Below are positions 12,143 through 23,745 of a DNA stretch of 64,000 bases, piece by piece (position 1 is the stretch's first letter; each line of letters starts with the position of its first letter). Location of the stretch: assembly GCF_004010195.1 (NCBI RefSeq), contig NC_057718.1:79826944-79890943 (forward strand). Direction: 5' to 3'. The position numbers and the translations under genes are program-made. This DNA is from Chiloscyllium plagiosum (taxonomy: Eukaryota). The notes under the pieces were generated by a model, which saw nothing but the letters and a program-made list of their open reading frames with translations, searched no databases and was not told the DNA's origin.

Positions 12143-13890
12143 TCATAGAACCATACAGCATGAAAGCAGCTACTTCAGTCCAACTCATCAATGCTGACCA
12201 GACCTCTCACAGTAATTTAGTCCCACTTGCCACCACGTCTTTTAAATGTCGTAATTGTACCAGCCTCCACCACTTTCTCTCGTAGCTTTATTCCATACAT
12301 ACACCATCCTCTGCATGAAAATGTTGCCCCTTAGATCCCGTTTAAATATTTCCCCTCTTACCATAAACCTATGCCCTCTAGTTTGGACTCCACTACCCTT
12401 GGGAAAATACCTTGGCTATTCACTCTATCCGTGCCCCTCATGACTTGACAAACCTCTGTAAAGGTCATCCCTCAGCCTCTAACACTTGAGGGAAAATAGC
12501 CACAGCTTATTCAGCCTTGCCTTATAGCGCAAACCCTCCAAACCTGGCAACATCCTTGTAAATCTTTTTTGTATCATTTCAAGTTCCACGACATCTTTCC
12601 TATAGCAAGGAGACCAGAACTGAATGCAGTATTCCAAAAGTGGCCGAACCAATGTTCTATACAACCGCAACATGACCTCCCAACTCCAATACTCAATGTA
12701 CTGACCAGTAAAGCAGTAAAGGAAAGCATACCAAACAGATCCTTCACTATCCTGTCTCCCTGGGACTCCATTTTTAAGGAACTGTAAACCTGCACTCCCC
12801 AGGACCACAATACTCCCCAGGACCTTACCATTGAGTGTACATGTCCTGCCCTGATTTGCCTTTCTAACATGCAGCACCTTGCATTTATCTAAATTAAACT
12901 CTATCTGCCACTCCTTACCCCATTGGCTCATCTGATCAAGATCCCATTGTACTCTGAAGTAATCTTCTTCAAATCCAAACACCACCAATTTTGGTGTCAT
13001 CTGCAAACTTATTAACCATACCTCCTATGTTCACATCCAAATCATTTATATAAAAAACAAAAGCAGTGGACCCAGCACTGATCCTTGTGGCATGATGCTG
13101 GTTACAGGACTCCAGTCTGAAAAGTAGCCTTCCATCCTCACCCTCTGTCTCCTACCTCCAAGCCAGTTCTGCATTCAAAGGATTATTCTCCTTTTATTCC
13201 ATGTGATCTAACCTTGCTTAGCAGTCTATCATGCAGAACTTTGTTGAATGCCTTACTGAAGCCCATATAGATCACATCCACTGCTCTGCCTTCATCAATC
13301 CTATTTGTTACTTCTTCAAAAAACTCAATCAAGTCAGTGAGACATGATTTCCCACGCACAAAACCATGCTGACTGCCCCACTCAGTCCTTGCCTTCCAAA
13401 CAAAGTCTGTTCTGATATAATGTGATAGTTCCGTCCTCGTGCAATCCCATTTACACAAAAATCATATAATAGCAGCACCATTTAAACCAATAGGACCGGA
13501 ACCGCATTATTGCCATTATAGGTAAGGAAAATTTGTGTTCTACAAATAATGGTCTAAATTCTTCAATTGCACTATAGCCAATTCACATTGAAGAAACACA
13601 CGTTATAGCAGAACCAACTGAACATGTAAATCTGGTCCCTCTGGATCCCCTCCAACAACTTGCCAACCACTGATGTCAGGCTCATCAGTCTATAGTTTCC
13701 TGGCTTTTCCCTACCACCTTTCTTAAATAGTTAGCCCACCTCCAGCCTTCTGGCACCTCACCTGTGGCTATTGATGATATAAATATCTCAGCAAGGGACT
13801 CAGCAGTCTCTTCCTGAGTTTTCCACAGAGTTCTAGCGTACACCCAATCGAGTCCCATGGATTTATCCACTTTTATGCATTTGAAGACCA
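12143..13890 (-). mobile_element. HER1/CR1-type LINE, 5'-truncated RT and 3' end
   Basis: ORF fragments SQHGFVRGKSCLTDLIEFFEEVT...DVIYMGFSKAF and LYRTLVRPLLEYCIQFWSP, plus a 3' tail near 12143. Confidence 0.92.
13403..13620. mobile_element. Tc1/mariner (pogo/Tigger-like) MITE inserted in the CR1
   Basis: Terminal inverted repeats AAGTCTGTTCTGATATAATG ... CGTTATAGCAGAACCAACTG. The CR1 sequence CCTTCCAAA|CATGTAAAT resumes on both sides. Confidence 0.7.
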
Positions 13891-13924
13891 GTAAAAATAA
13901 GGAAGAGTATAAATCAGAAATTAG

Positions 13925-14185
13925 GTCAGTAGACACCTTCTCAGTTTTGGTTGTTCTTTTAAGACAGAGATTGAGAGGATTTTTTTTCTTGCACAGGGTT
14001 TTACAAATTTGAAACTCTGCCTCAGAAGTGATGGAGGCAGAGTCATTGAATATTTTTAAAGTGGAGGTTTATAGATTCTTGATCAGCAGGGGAATAAAAC
14101 ATTATAGGGAAACAACGTGAATGTAGAATTTGGAACACAAATAGATCATCCAGGAACCGACTGAATGATGAAGCAGGCTGGAACC
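13925..14185 (+). mobile_element. Old CR1-type LINE 3' end
   Basis: TTTAAGACAGAGATTGAGAGGATTTTTTTTCTTGCACAGGGTT...GAGGCAGAGTCATTGAATATTTTTAAAG. Confidence 0.6.
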
Positions 14186-14671
14186 AAGACAGGACCAAGA
14201 AACTGATTGGAAGCTAACAGGGAAAATTCAGTGACTGAAATGATCATTTAAACATATAAATGCCTGCAGCAAATTTCCTTAAGCTGACAGTGGAGCAATA
14301 ATAAACTTATGCACAAAACTGTGTTGAGACTACAGATAAAGATATCAGTGAGATAGAGAGACCTGACTTATTCAAGACATTGCTCAAGCTGATAGGCCTC
14401 AGTCCGTTGCATAGGAATGTAGAACAGTCAGATCCAAAATTGGTTGGGATACTGAGAATGATTATCATAGCCAAAAAAAGCTGAGTTTCAGGAAAGAGGA
14501 GAGCATGAACAAAAGACATTGGAGATGAAGTTGAAAACTAACATGACAGCAAAATGTCACTGAGGGAATTAACTACACTACTGGCAAATATTTGGTTATG
14601 TCCTAGGTACTCTGCACAGAAGGTCAAAGCAGTTTAAGCAGACTGGAAAACAGGAAAGAACCAGATGTCTC

Positions 14672-15350
14672 ATTCAGCCACCTCCAAACAGACCCCACCA
14701 TTGAGAATATATTTCCCTCCCTTCCCCTATCAGCGTTCCGGAAAGACCACTCCCTCCGCGACTCCCTCGTCAGGTCCACACCCCCCACCAACCCAACCTC
14801 CATTCCTGGCACCTTCCCCTGCAACCGCAAGAAATGCAAAACTTGCGGCCACACCTCCCCACTCACTTCCCTCCAAGGCCCCAAGGGATCTTTCCATATC
14901 CGTNNNNNNNNNNNNNNNNNNNNNNNNNNNNNNNNNNNNNNNNNNNNNNNNNNNNNNNNNNNNNNNNNNNNNNNNNNNNNNNNNNNNNNNNNNNNNNNNN
15001 NNNNNNNNNNNNNNNNNNNNNNNNNNNNNNNNNNNNNNNNNNNNNNNNNNNNNNNNNNNNNNNNNNACCTGCAATCTTCTTCCCGACCTCTCCGCGTCCA
15101 CCCCCTCTCCGGCCTATCACCCTCACCTTAACCTCCTTCCACCTATCGCATTCCCAATGCCCCTCCCCCAAGTTCCTCCTCCCTACCTTTTATTTTAGCC
15201 TGCTTGGCACACCCTCTTCATTCCTGAAGAAGGGCTTATGCCTGAAACGTCGATTCTCCTGCTCCTTGGATGCTATCTGACCTGCTGCGCTTTTCCAGCA
15301 ACACATTTTTCAGCTCTGATCTCCAGTATCTGCAGTCCTCACTTTCTCCC
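14672..15350 (+). mobile_element. Penelope-like element 3' part (GIY-YIG region and terminal hammerhead), spanning an assembly gap
   Basis: HLQTDPTIENIFPSLPLSAFRKDHSLRDSLVRS...GTFPCNRKKCKTC. Hammerhead motif CTGAAGAAGGGCTTATGCCTGAAACGTC at 15224-15251. Confidence 0.88.
14904..15066. other. Assembly gap
   Basis: Run of N. Confidence 1.
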
Positions 15351-15749
15351 TCTTTTCATAGGTATCCCATTTGAGTTTCTCCCTGTAACGTGCTAAGTGG
15401 ACCTTTACTGTTCTTGATGCATTTTGAAGGTTTGTTTCTCCTATTACTGGCTATAAGAGGCTTTTTGAGACAGTGTTTGATGGATTCTCTGAATGAGTTT
15501 TCTGTTCAGAGATGTTTCTTTCGCAGTAGCAGCTGTTCACTTCTAATTTCCAGGTTCACTCTGAGCGGCCACAGCCAAGCGCTCGTTATGATGGGAGGGC
15601 ATTGGTGAGTGAGTGTGAGGGATCTATCCACTGGGCTTAACCGTGCTTTGCTTTTGTTGTTCTTGTTTTTTTGTTGCTTCTGCTCCTGGAGCAGGGAGGG
15701 ACATTTAAACTCAGTTTGTATAGAGGCTTCTGCAGTTGCGGCCTGAGCA

Positions 15750-16950
15750 GGCAGACAGAGATGGAGAGAGATACCGACAGAGAGCAAAAAGAGTGGGAAG
15801 AACAGAGACAGAGAGAGAAATATAGAGATAGACAGACACATACACACACACCCTGGTCACATTCTTACACAGGCCCTGAGAGAGGGAGAACAGGACCCCC
15901 TGACCTCTCACTCCAAGAGAAATGCATTGTCACTGTCCCTGCTCTCATACAGATAGGCACACAATCAACACATAGACTCACTCCTGTCGAGAGAGGAGCC
16001 CCTGATCTCTCTCATACCAGCCTGGAAATGGACAGACAGAGAGAAGTAGGGTCTGCACTGCTCCTGGTCTCTTTCAGACACACAGGCTCACTGAAGTCCA
16101 GGGAAAGAAGGGACCCCTGCCTGGTCAAACTCACTGGCCCAGAGAGAGAAGTGGAATTCACACAGTATCTGCACTTATTCAAACTCATGCATTCTGTCTC
16201 TCCTAGGCATGCTTGCTTTCAGACGCTCTGTTTCAGACAGACATAAATATAAATACTTAGAATTGGGCCTGAGCAGCCTCTAGTCTCATACATAAACTCT
16301 CACACAAACTCTTACTCAGGCCCTGAGAGAGAGAGAAGCCCTTGGTGTCTCTCACACATATGCAGGCCTTGAGAGAGAGAGAGAGAGAGAGAGAAGGTTC
16401 TGCATTGTACCTGGTCTCTCACTCACAATTAGTCTCTCATAGACTCACTCAGTGGCCTAGAGAGGGACTGAGAGAAAAGCAGGATTCAAGGTTTGTGTAA
16501 AGATTTGTAGCTTGGGTGCGAGTTGTTGTGGATGTGGGTATGTTCGTCGTCCTGAGACCATTTTCTCTGATTGTTTCACTGGCTTGTGGGTTGTTGGTAG
16601 GTGGTCTGTATCTGACACATGGTAGTAGTATTTGATTCCTTCAGCATCCATGTATGAATCTGAGTTGCTCATAGGTCGTGCTTAGGCAGTTGGCACAGGA
16701 TTCCCATTTCTTTGCTTGATTTAGCATCTCTCACCTGTAGGTGTTCAAGGTTTGTGTAAAGATTTGGAGCTCGGATGCTGGTTATCATGGTTATGGGTAA
16801 GTTCTCATATCCACACTATGCCTGCATTAAGTCTGACTACCTAAACTCTCCTGATGTCTCTCTCACACACACAGGCCCAGAGAGAGACAGAAGTGAGTCT
16901 GTACTATCTCTGATTTCTTACACTCACACAGGTTTGTTGAGGTCCAGAGG
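15750..16950 (+). repeat. Degenerate CA/GA-rich tandem repeat region
   Basis: A unit resembling (CA)n-CAGGCCCTGAGAGAGAG...GGTCTGCACTG...CCTGGTCTCTCAC recurs at about 15865, 16015, 16130, 16312, 16360, 16445 and 16860. Confidence 0.65.
16485..16800 (-). mobile_element. Small Penelope-related insertion with a directly repeated terminus
   Basis: TTCAAGGTTTGTGTAAAGATTTG(T/G)AGCT at 16485 and 16744 resembles the reverse complement of the Penelope terminus at 53290-53330. Confidence 0.65.
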
Positions 16951-17049
16951 GAGAGAAGAAACACGCAAAAGCGGAAATTGTTGGAGAAACTCAGCAGATC
17001 TAGCAGCATCTGTAGAATTAAAACAAGAGTTAGTTTTGAGAGCAGTGGG

Positions 17050-18400
17050 TAACATAGTATGAGCATGGATTTATTACCAGTAGCTAGTTGCCCTTGGTGG
17101 TGAGCTTTCTTTTTGAATCATTGATATTTGTTGTAGGTTTATTCATGGAGATGTTAGGGAGGGAGTACCAGAAATTTGACCAGGTGACAGGTGATTATAT
17201 TTTCAACACAGGATCGTAGTGGATTGGAGGGGAATTTGCAGATGATGATATCCCTTTGTTTCTGCTGCCCTTGTTCTCCTCGATGGTACTTGTTGTGGTT
17301 TTGGAAAATGCAGTCTAAGGATCTTTGTTGAATTCCTGCAGTGCATCTAGTAGATAGTACACTGCTGCTACTGAGTGTCAAGGGGGAGAGACGACCATTT
17401 TGTGGATATGGTGTTTAGTCCTGGACAACGTCCAGCTTCCTAAGTGTTGCTGGAGCTGAACCCACCCAGGCAAATGGGAAGTATTCCATCACATCATGAC
17501 TTGTGTCTTGTAGATGGTGGATAGGCTATGGGAAGTTCGGAGGTAAGTTAACCACTGAAGGATTCATAGCCTCTGAAATGATCTTTTAGCCATTCTATTT
17601 ATGTATGTCCAGTTCAGTTTCTGGTCAATCATAATCCCCAGGAGGTTTATAGTGGGGAATTCAATAATGGTAATGCCATTGAATGTCATAGGGTGATGGT
17701 TAGATTCTCTGTTAATCAAGATGATTATTTCCTGGCACTGATGTGGCACAAGTGTTATTTGACACCTCTCAATCCGCACTTCGATATTAACCACCGGTAG
17801 GTCTGCTGCATTTGAACACGGAGTACTTCAGTACAGGAAGAGTCGTAAGGGGGCTGAACATTGATGATTGCATAATGAATATTCCAGCTTCTGAGCTCAT
17901 GACGGAGGGAAGATCATCAGTGAAGTAGCTGAAGATGGTTGGGCTTAGGACACCACCCTGAGGAATTCCTGCAGAAATTCCTGGAGCTGAGGTGACTGAA
18001 CTCCAACAACCACAATCATCCTCTGCTGTGCCAGGATTGACTTTAATCAGCAGAATGTCTCTCCCATCTCCCCCACACCTCCACCTCACCCCGCCATTGA
18101 CTTTGGTTAAGGCTCCTTAATGCCAACATTTGGTCAAATATGACCTTGATGTCAAGGGCAGTCACTGTCACCTCACTTCTGGAATTCAGCTCTTTAATCC
18201 ATGTTTGTACTAAGTCTGTAATGAGGTCAAGAACTGACTGAGTCCAGCAGAATCCAAACTGGGCAGGTTATTGCTAAGCAAGTGCTTCTTGATAGCACTG
18301 TTAGTGACACCCATCACTTTATTGATGAGAGTAAACTGATGGGATAATAATTTGTCAGCTGGATTTGTCCTGCATGTTATAAACAGGGCAATTTTCTACA
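17050..18400 (-). mobile_element. Decayed L2/CR1-group LINE (RT C-terminal half and 3' end)
   Basis: GIPQGGVLSPTIFSYFTDDLP and INLLGIMIDQKLNW. Same family as 62720-64000. Confidence 0.8.
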
Positions 18401-18412
18401 CTGTTGCAATGT

Positions 18413-18560
18413 TGTATGGTGGCTCAGAGGTTAGCAGTGCTGCCTTACAGTATCAGGCACTTTGGTTTGGTTCCATCTTTGGGTAACTGTCTATGTGGAA
18501 TTTGAATTTTCTCTCTGTGTCTGTGTGGGTTTCCACTGCCATGTTCTGGTTTCCTCTCAT
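18413..18560 (+). mobile_element. Truncated HE1-type SINE
   Basis: ATGGTGGCTCAGAGGTTAGCAGTGCTGCC...GTGGAATTTGAATTTTCTCTCTGTGTCTGTGTGGGTTTCC. Confidence 0.75.
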
Positions 18561-18987
18561 AAATCTTCTTATTTACTACTACCACTTATACAGATGTTAC
18601 TACCAGTTGCTACTTATTGCAACTACCACTTTGGGAGTAGCCCAAATATTCTAGTCAACTTCTGTGAAGAAAACAATATTATTGCTAAATGTTGTCAGGG
18701 TCCATAGCTTTAGCAGTATCTAATACAATTTCTTAATATCACATGGAACTAACCCAGCACTTCTGGCTGACGATTGTTGCGAACACTTTAGTTTTAACTT
18801 TTGCACTGATGTGCCTGGCTCTCCTATTGTTGAGGATGGGGATGTTTGTGGATCTTCCGCCTCTAGTGTGTTGATTATTGCAGGAAGACACTTGTCAGCT
18901 CTATTTTTCAAAGTAATGGGACGTCCTGACAATTTAGTGAGCAAATCTTTGACATTTGCAAATTATTGGTAGGATTATATTCTAGAG

Positions 18988-21900
18988 TAGATTTATTTGT
19001 CATTTCTACCTAATACAACGGATACAGTAAAAAACGAGACAGCGTTCCTCCAGGACCAAGGTGCTACATGGACAGCACAAACTACACAATCGTACAAAGG
19101 GTGGCATAAAATGCATAAAAATACAAAAACATGCAAATTAGTGTAATAAAAGAAGGATAATTAATAGACATTTTTCTAGCAGCATTTTGAAGTCGTGCAA
19201 AGAATTTCAGATGGAAAAGAGTCTGATCATACAGTGTTAAGGAGCCTGATGGCTTGGGGGAAGAAACTGTTGCACAGTCTGGCCGTGAGAGACGGAATGC
19301 TATCTTCTGCCAGAGAGCAGGTGGGAGAAGAGTTTGAGTGAGGGGTGTGTGGGATCTTTCACAATGTTCTTAGCCTTTCGGATGCAGCAAGTGATGTAAA
19401 TGTCTGTAATGGAGGGGAGAGAGACCCCGATGATCTTCTCAGCTGTCCTCACTATGCATTGTAGGGTCTTACGATCCAAAACGGTGCAATTCCTGAACTA
19501 GGCAGTGATGCAGCAGCTCAGAGTACTCTCAATGAACCCTCTGTAGAATGTGGTGAAGATGGGGGTTGGGAGGTGGGCTTTTCTCAGCCTGCGCAGAAAG
19601 TAGAGACGCTGCTAGGCTTTCTTGGCTGTGGAGCTGGCGTTGAGGGTCCAAGTGAGGTTCTCCACCAGGTGGACGCCAAGAAATTTGGTGCTGTTCACCA
19701 TTTCCAAAGGGGAGCCATCAATATCCAGCAGAGAGTGGTCGCTCCATGCCCTCCATGCTCTCCGGAAATCAACATCCATCTTTTTCATTTTGTTCACGTT
19801 CAGAGACAAGTTGTTGGCTGTGCACCAGTCCGTTAGCCGCTGCACCTCCTCTATGTATGCAGACTTGTCATTCCTGCTGATGAGACCCAATACAGTGAAC
19901 TTGATGATGTAATTTGACCTGGGCATCACTGCACAGTTGTGTATCAGTGGGGTGAACAGCAGTGGACTGAGCACATAGCCCTGGTGGATCCCATGCTCAG
20001 TGTGATAGTGTTGGAGATGCTGTTCCCAATCTCCAATCTGGACTGCCTGAAGATTCCTAGTCAGGAGGTCCATGATCCAGTTACAAAGGGAGATATTTAA
20101 GCCCAGCAGATTCAGCTTTCCCTCAGGTGTTGAGGAATGATGGTGTTAAATGCCGAACTGAAGTCTATGACGTAGATGTCTTTGTTCTCTAGGTGGGTGA
20201 GGGTCAGATGGAGGGTGTCCAGTGAGGAGGGCAGCTGGGTCTTAATATGCCCCATCATGAGCCTCTTGATGCACTTCATGATGATGGGAGTTAACGTAAC
20301 GGGGCGGTAGTCGTTGAGACAGGATGCTGAAGACTTCTTTGGTACCGGAACGATGGTAGTGGCCTTAAAGCATGTTGGAACTATGGCAAATTCAGTGAGA
20401 TGTTGAAGATGTCCATGAGAACATCCATCAGTACATCAGAGCATGCTTTGAGCACTCTGCCAGGGATGTTATCTGGTCCAGCGACCTTATATAGATTGGC
20501 TCTGCACAGGGTTTTCCTCACTTCGGCACTGGTAAAACACAGCACCCGGTCATTATGGGGTGGGGGTGGATTTCCTTGCTGCCACTTCATTTTGTGCCTC
20601 AAATCGTGCATAGAAGTTTCTCAACTCATCCAGGAGCAAGGCATCACTTACAAGCAAAACTGTTCTGTGGTTGGTGATGGCCTGGATTCCCTTCCACATG
20701 CTCAGTGTATCGCCGCTGTCCTGAAAGTGGCTGTGTATTCTCTGTGCATGTACACGCTTTGCCTCTTTGATGGCCCGGGTCAGGTTGGCCCTCACTGTTG
20801 TTAGGGCCACCTTGTCATCTGCTTTGAAGGCGGAATCACAGATCCTCAGCAGTGCACACACCTTTTTGGTCATCCATGGCTTCTGGTTGGGGCAAGAAGT
20901 GATGGTCTTGGATGCAGCGATGTCATCAATACACTTTCTAATGTAACAAATCACCAACACTGTGTACTCCTCTAAGCTGATGGAATCGCCAACGGTTTCC
21001 GCATCCCTGAACGTGCGTCAGTCACTGCACTCAAACTGTCTTGAAGAGAAGAAATGGCTTGTCGCAGCCAGGGTTTCCCCTGCTTCATAACCTGTTTGAC
21101 ACATCAGATGAGCGGTCTGTATGTTTGGATTAGCATAACAGAGATCTGGTCTGGTGAACCGAGGTGGGGGTGGGGCTCTGCCCTGTTTGCATTGGATGTT
21201 GTATAAACCAGATCTAGTGTTTTCTACCCTCTCGTTGCAAAGTCCATGTGCTGATGGAATTTAGGGAGCACAGTCTTGAGATTCGCATGGTTGAAATCTC
21301 CAGCAACAATAAACAGACCATCAGGATGTGCGTTCTGCAGTCCACTAATAGCCCCATACAGTTCACAGAGTGCCTCCTTAGCATTAGCACTGGGAAGAAT
21401 CTACACCCTGACTATAAGGTCAGTGGTGAATTCCCATGGCAAATAAAATGGACTGCATCTAAAAGTCACAAACTCCACCAGTGATGAGCAGTAACTGGAG
21501 ACTAGCATGAAGTCTTTGCACCATTTTGTGTTGATGTAGACACCCAGACCCCACCCTGAGTCTTACCGCACAGAGCTGCATTTCTGTCAGCGTGAAACTA
21601 GGCGAGCCCATCTTTCTGGATGGTGGTTCTGGAACTCTGCCGCTAAGCCATGTTTCCATGAAAACAATGACGCAGCAGTATCTGAACTCACACTGAGATG
21701 CCTGACACAGTCATATGCAGAACAGTTTATTGTCCACGGAGCAGACATCTGGAGAGCAGAATGGAAGGTGGAGCTGGCCGGCTAGGGTTTGTTTTTAGCC
21801 TGGTACGAACACCTGCACACTTACCCTGCTTCTGCCTCTTTGCACACTGCTTCTGATGTCTCAACACCTGGTCACCGACATCAGGTGAGGCCGTGGACTG

Positions 21901-22215
21901 GACGCCTGGTCTCCGCAGCAAGCTGAGAACTCCTCCATGCTTACCACACTTCCGCCTCCTCGCACACCACTTCCGATGTTTCAACACCTGGCCACCGATA
22001 TCAGGTGAGGTCGAAGACTGGAGGCCTGGTCTCCGCAGCAAGCCCAGATCGCATAACTGCCTCAGCAGCTCTCCATTCAGGTACATTTCCTCTGCTGTAG
22101 CAGTGTTCACTGTAACACTGTCTGCAAACACCGAGTTTTCTGTTCCTCCTAGAACTAAGTAGTTCTCGGTCCGGAGAGGCCGCTGTGACCAGTTGTTGTG
22201 CCGCCATCTTGGATG
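18988..22215 (-). mobile_element. Near-full-length decayed Rex1/Babar-type LINE (AP endonuclease and RT)
   Basis: PNQKPWM, AGPDNIPGRVLKAC, QGYVLSPLLF and KFLGVHLVENLTW. The 5' end has CCAAGATGGCGG at ~22200-22212. Confidence 0.88.
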
Positions 22216-23169
22216 TCCAATACCTAATTTTCAGTTACTCTATAATTTCTGCATAATCCTACACTGCCATTTGCTTTTGGTACTAGCTCAGTTACTCTAG
22301 TCAACTCCTGTGATGACATTCTCTGTCTCCAGACTTCTGAGCTCTTGCTCCTCCTCAGATTACAGAGAATTGAACACAGTGTGCAGTAAACTGCATCTTT
22401 TTAACCCATATTTCGGCCTTATATCCTTAAATAAAATGTCCAATTTTATTAAATACTAGTAAACAAAAGTAAATCAGTAAACAAAATTTGGTAATCAGGT
22501 TGCTTTATTTGTGAGTTTCCTTTTAGAGGAAAATATCTCATTCTAATTAACTTCTGTGATTTTGACCAGTTGCTGCCAGTCTGGTTTCTAACCCTTCACT
22601 ATGATAATGAGTAATTTTGCCCATTGCTCCGTGTATGTGACTGGAACCATCACTCTTTCCATTATGGAAATTTTCTTTCCTTTATAATTTCTTAATTCCA
22701 TGTGTGATTTGTCTAACTGATTTTTACTTAATTTTTGATGGTAGTTACTTAAGAATCACATTAACTGCAACCCTCATGCCAACCACGATGTCCGTCAATT
22801 GTTACTTGTACTATAATGCTCTGTGAATTTTTATTGGAATATTCTTTTTGTACAGATCTCAAATGACTCCTCATCAATTTGCTGTTCTTTCACATTCATT
22901 TGTAGTGATTGCTGTTTCCTTCCATGTATCTTTGTCTGATGTGCCTTGGTAAATTAAAACTTCTTGCAGCTGTAGCACTCTGCATTCACTAAGCATTGCT
23001 ATCAGGATTTTATAACTACTTTACTTGGGGTTTTCAGCTTACTCATCTGCAGTTTATTTACATCAGCAAACAATTATTATTAACTTTAACTCCTCGCAGG
23101 TGTTGTAAACATGGACAATAATGCTTGGCAAGCTATGACAAAGGTTAACTTTGGTAATCTGTCCCATAA

Positions 23170-23450
23170 AGGCAAGCCCGCTATCTGGATGGTGGTGTCT
23201 GGAACTCTGTCGCTAAGCCATGTTTCCCTGAACTCACACTGAGATGCTTGTCACAGTCATATGCAGAACAGTTTATTGTTCAGGGAGCAGATATTTGGAG
23301 AGCAGAATGGAAGGTTGAACCGGCTGGCTAGGGTTTGTTTTTAGCCTGGTATGAACTCCTGCACACTTACCCTGCTTCTGCCTCTTCACACACTGCTTCT
23401 GATGACTCAACACCCAGCTACTGGCATCATACGAGGCCGAGGACTGGGCA
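23170..23450 (-). mobile_element. Second copy of the 5' region of the same Rex1-type LINE
   Basis: [28 protein letters not shown] here versus [28 protein letters not shown] at 21727-21860. Confidence 0.85.
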
Positions 23451-23460
23451 TAATGGGACA

Positions 23461-23745
23461 GATGGCATGGTGGCTCAGTGGTTAGCACTGCTACCTGACA
23501 GCGCTAGGTACGTGGGTTCAATTCCTACCTCCGGCGATTGTATGTGTGGAGTTTGCATGTTCTCCCTGTGTCTGTGTGGGTTTCCTCCCACAATCCAAAG
23601 ATGTGCTGGTCAGGTGAATTGGCCATGCTAAATTGCCCATGGTGTTAGGGGCATTAGTCAGGTGTAAATGTCGGGTAGGGGAATGGGTCAGTGTGGATGT
23701 GTTGGGCCAAATAGCCTGTTTCCACACTGTAGGGAATCTAATCTA
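23461..23745 (+). mobile_element. HE1-type SINE
   Basis: A box TGGCTCAGTGG, B box GGTTCAATTCC, conserved core and AATCT tail. Confidence 0.9.

Noticed and set aside
15671..16246. 191-aa ORF
   Set aside because: It runs through GA/CA low-complexity repeats, has no recognisable domain and has no splice support.
19007..22228. TACCTAAT at both ends of the Rex1 element as a TSD
   Set aside because: The left copy appears to lie inside the element's 3' tail, so it is probably coincidental.
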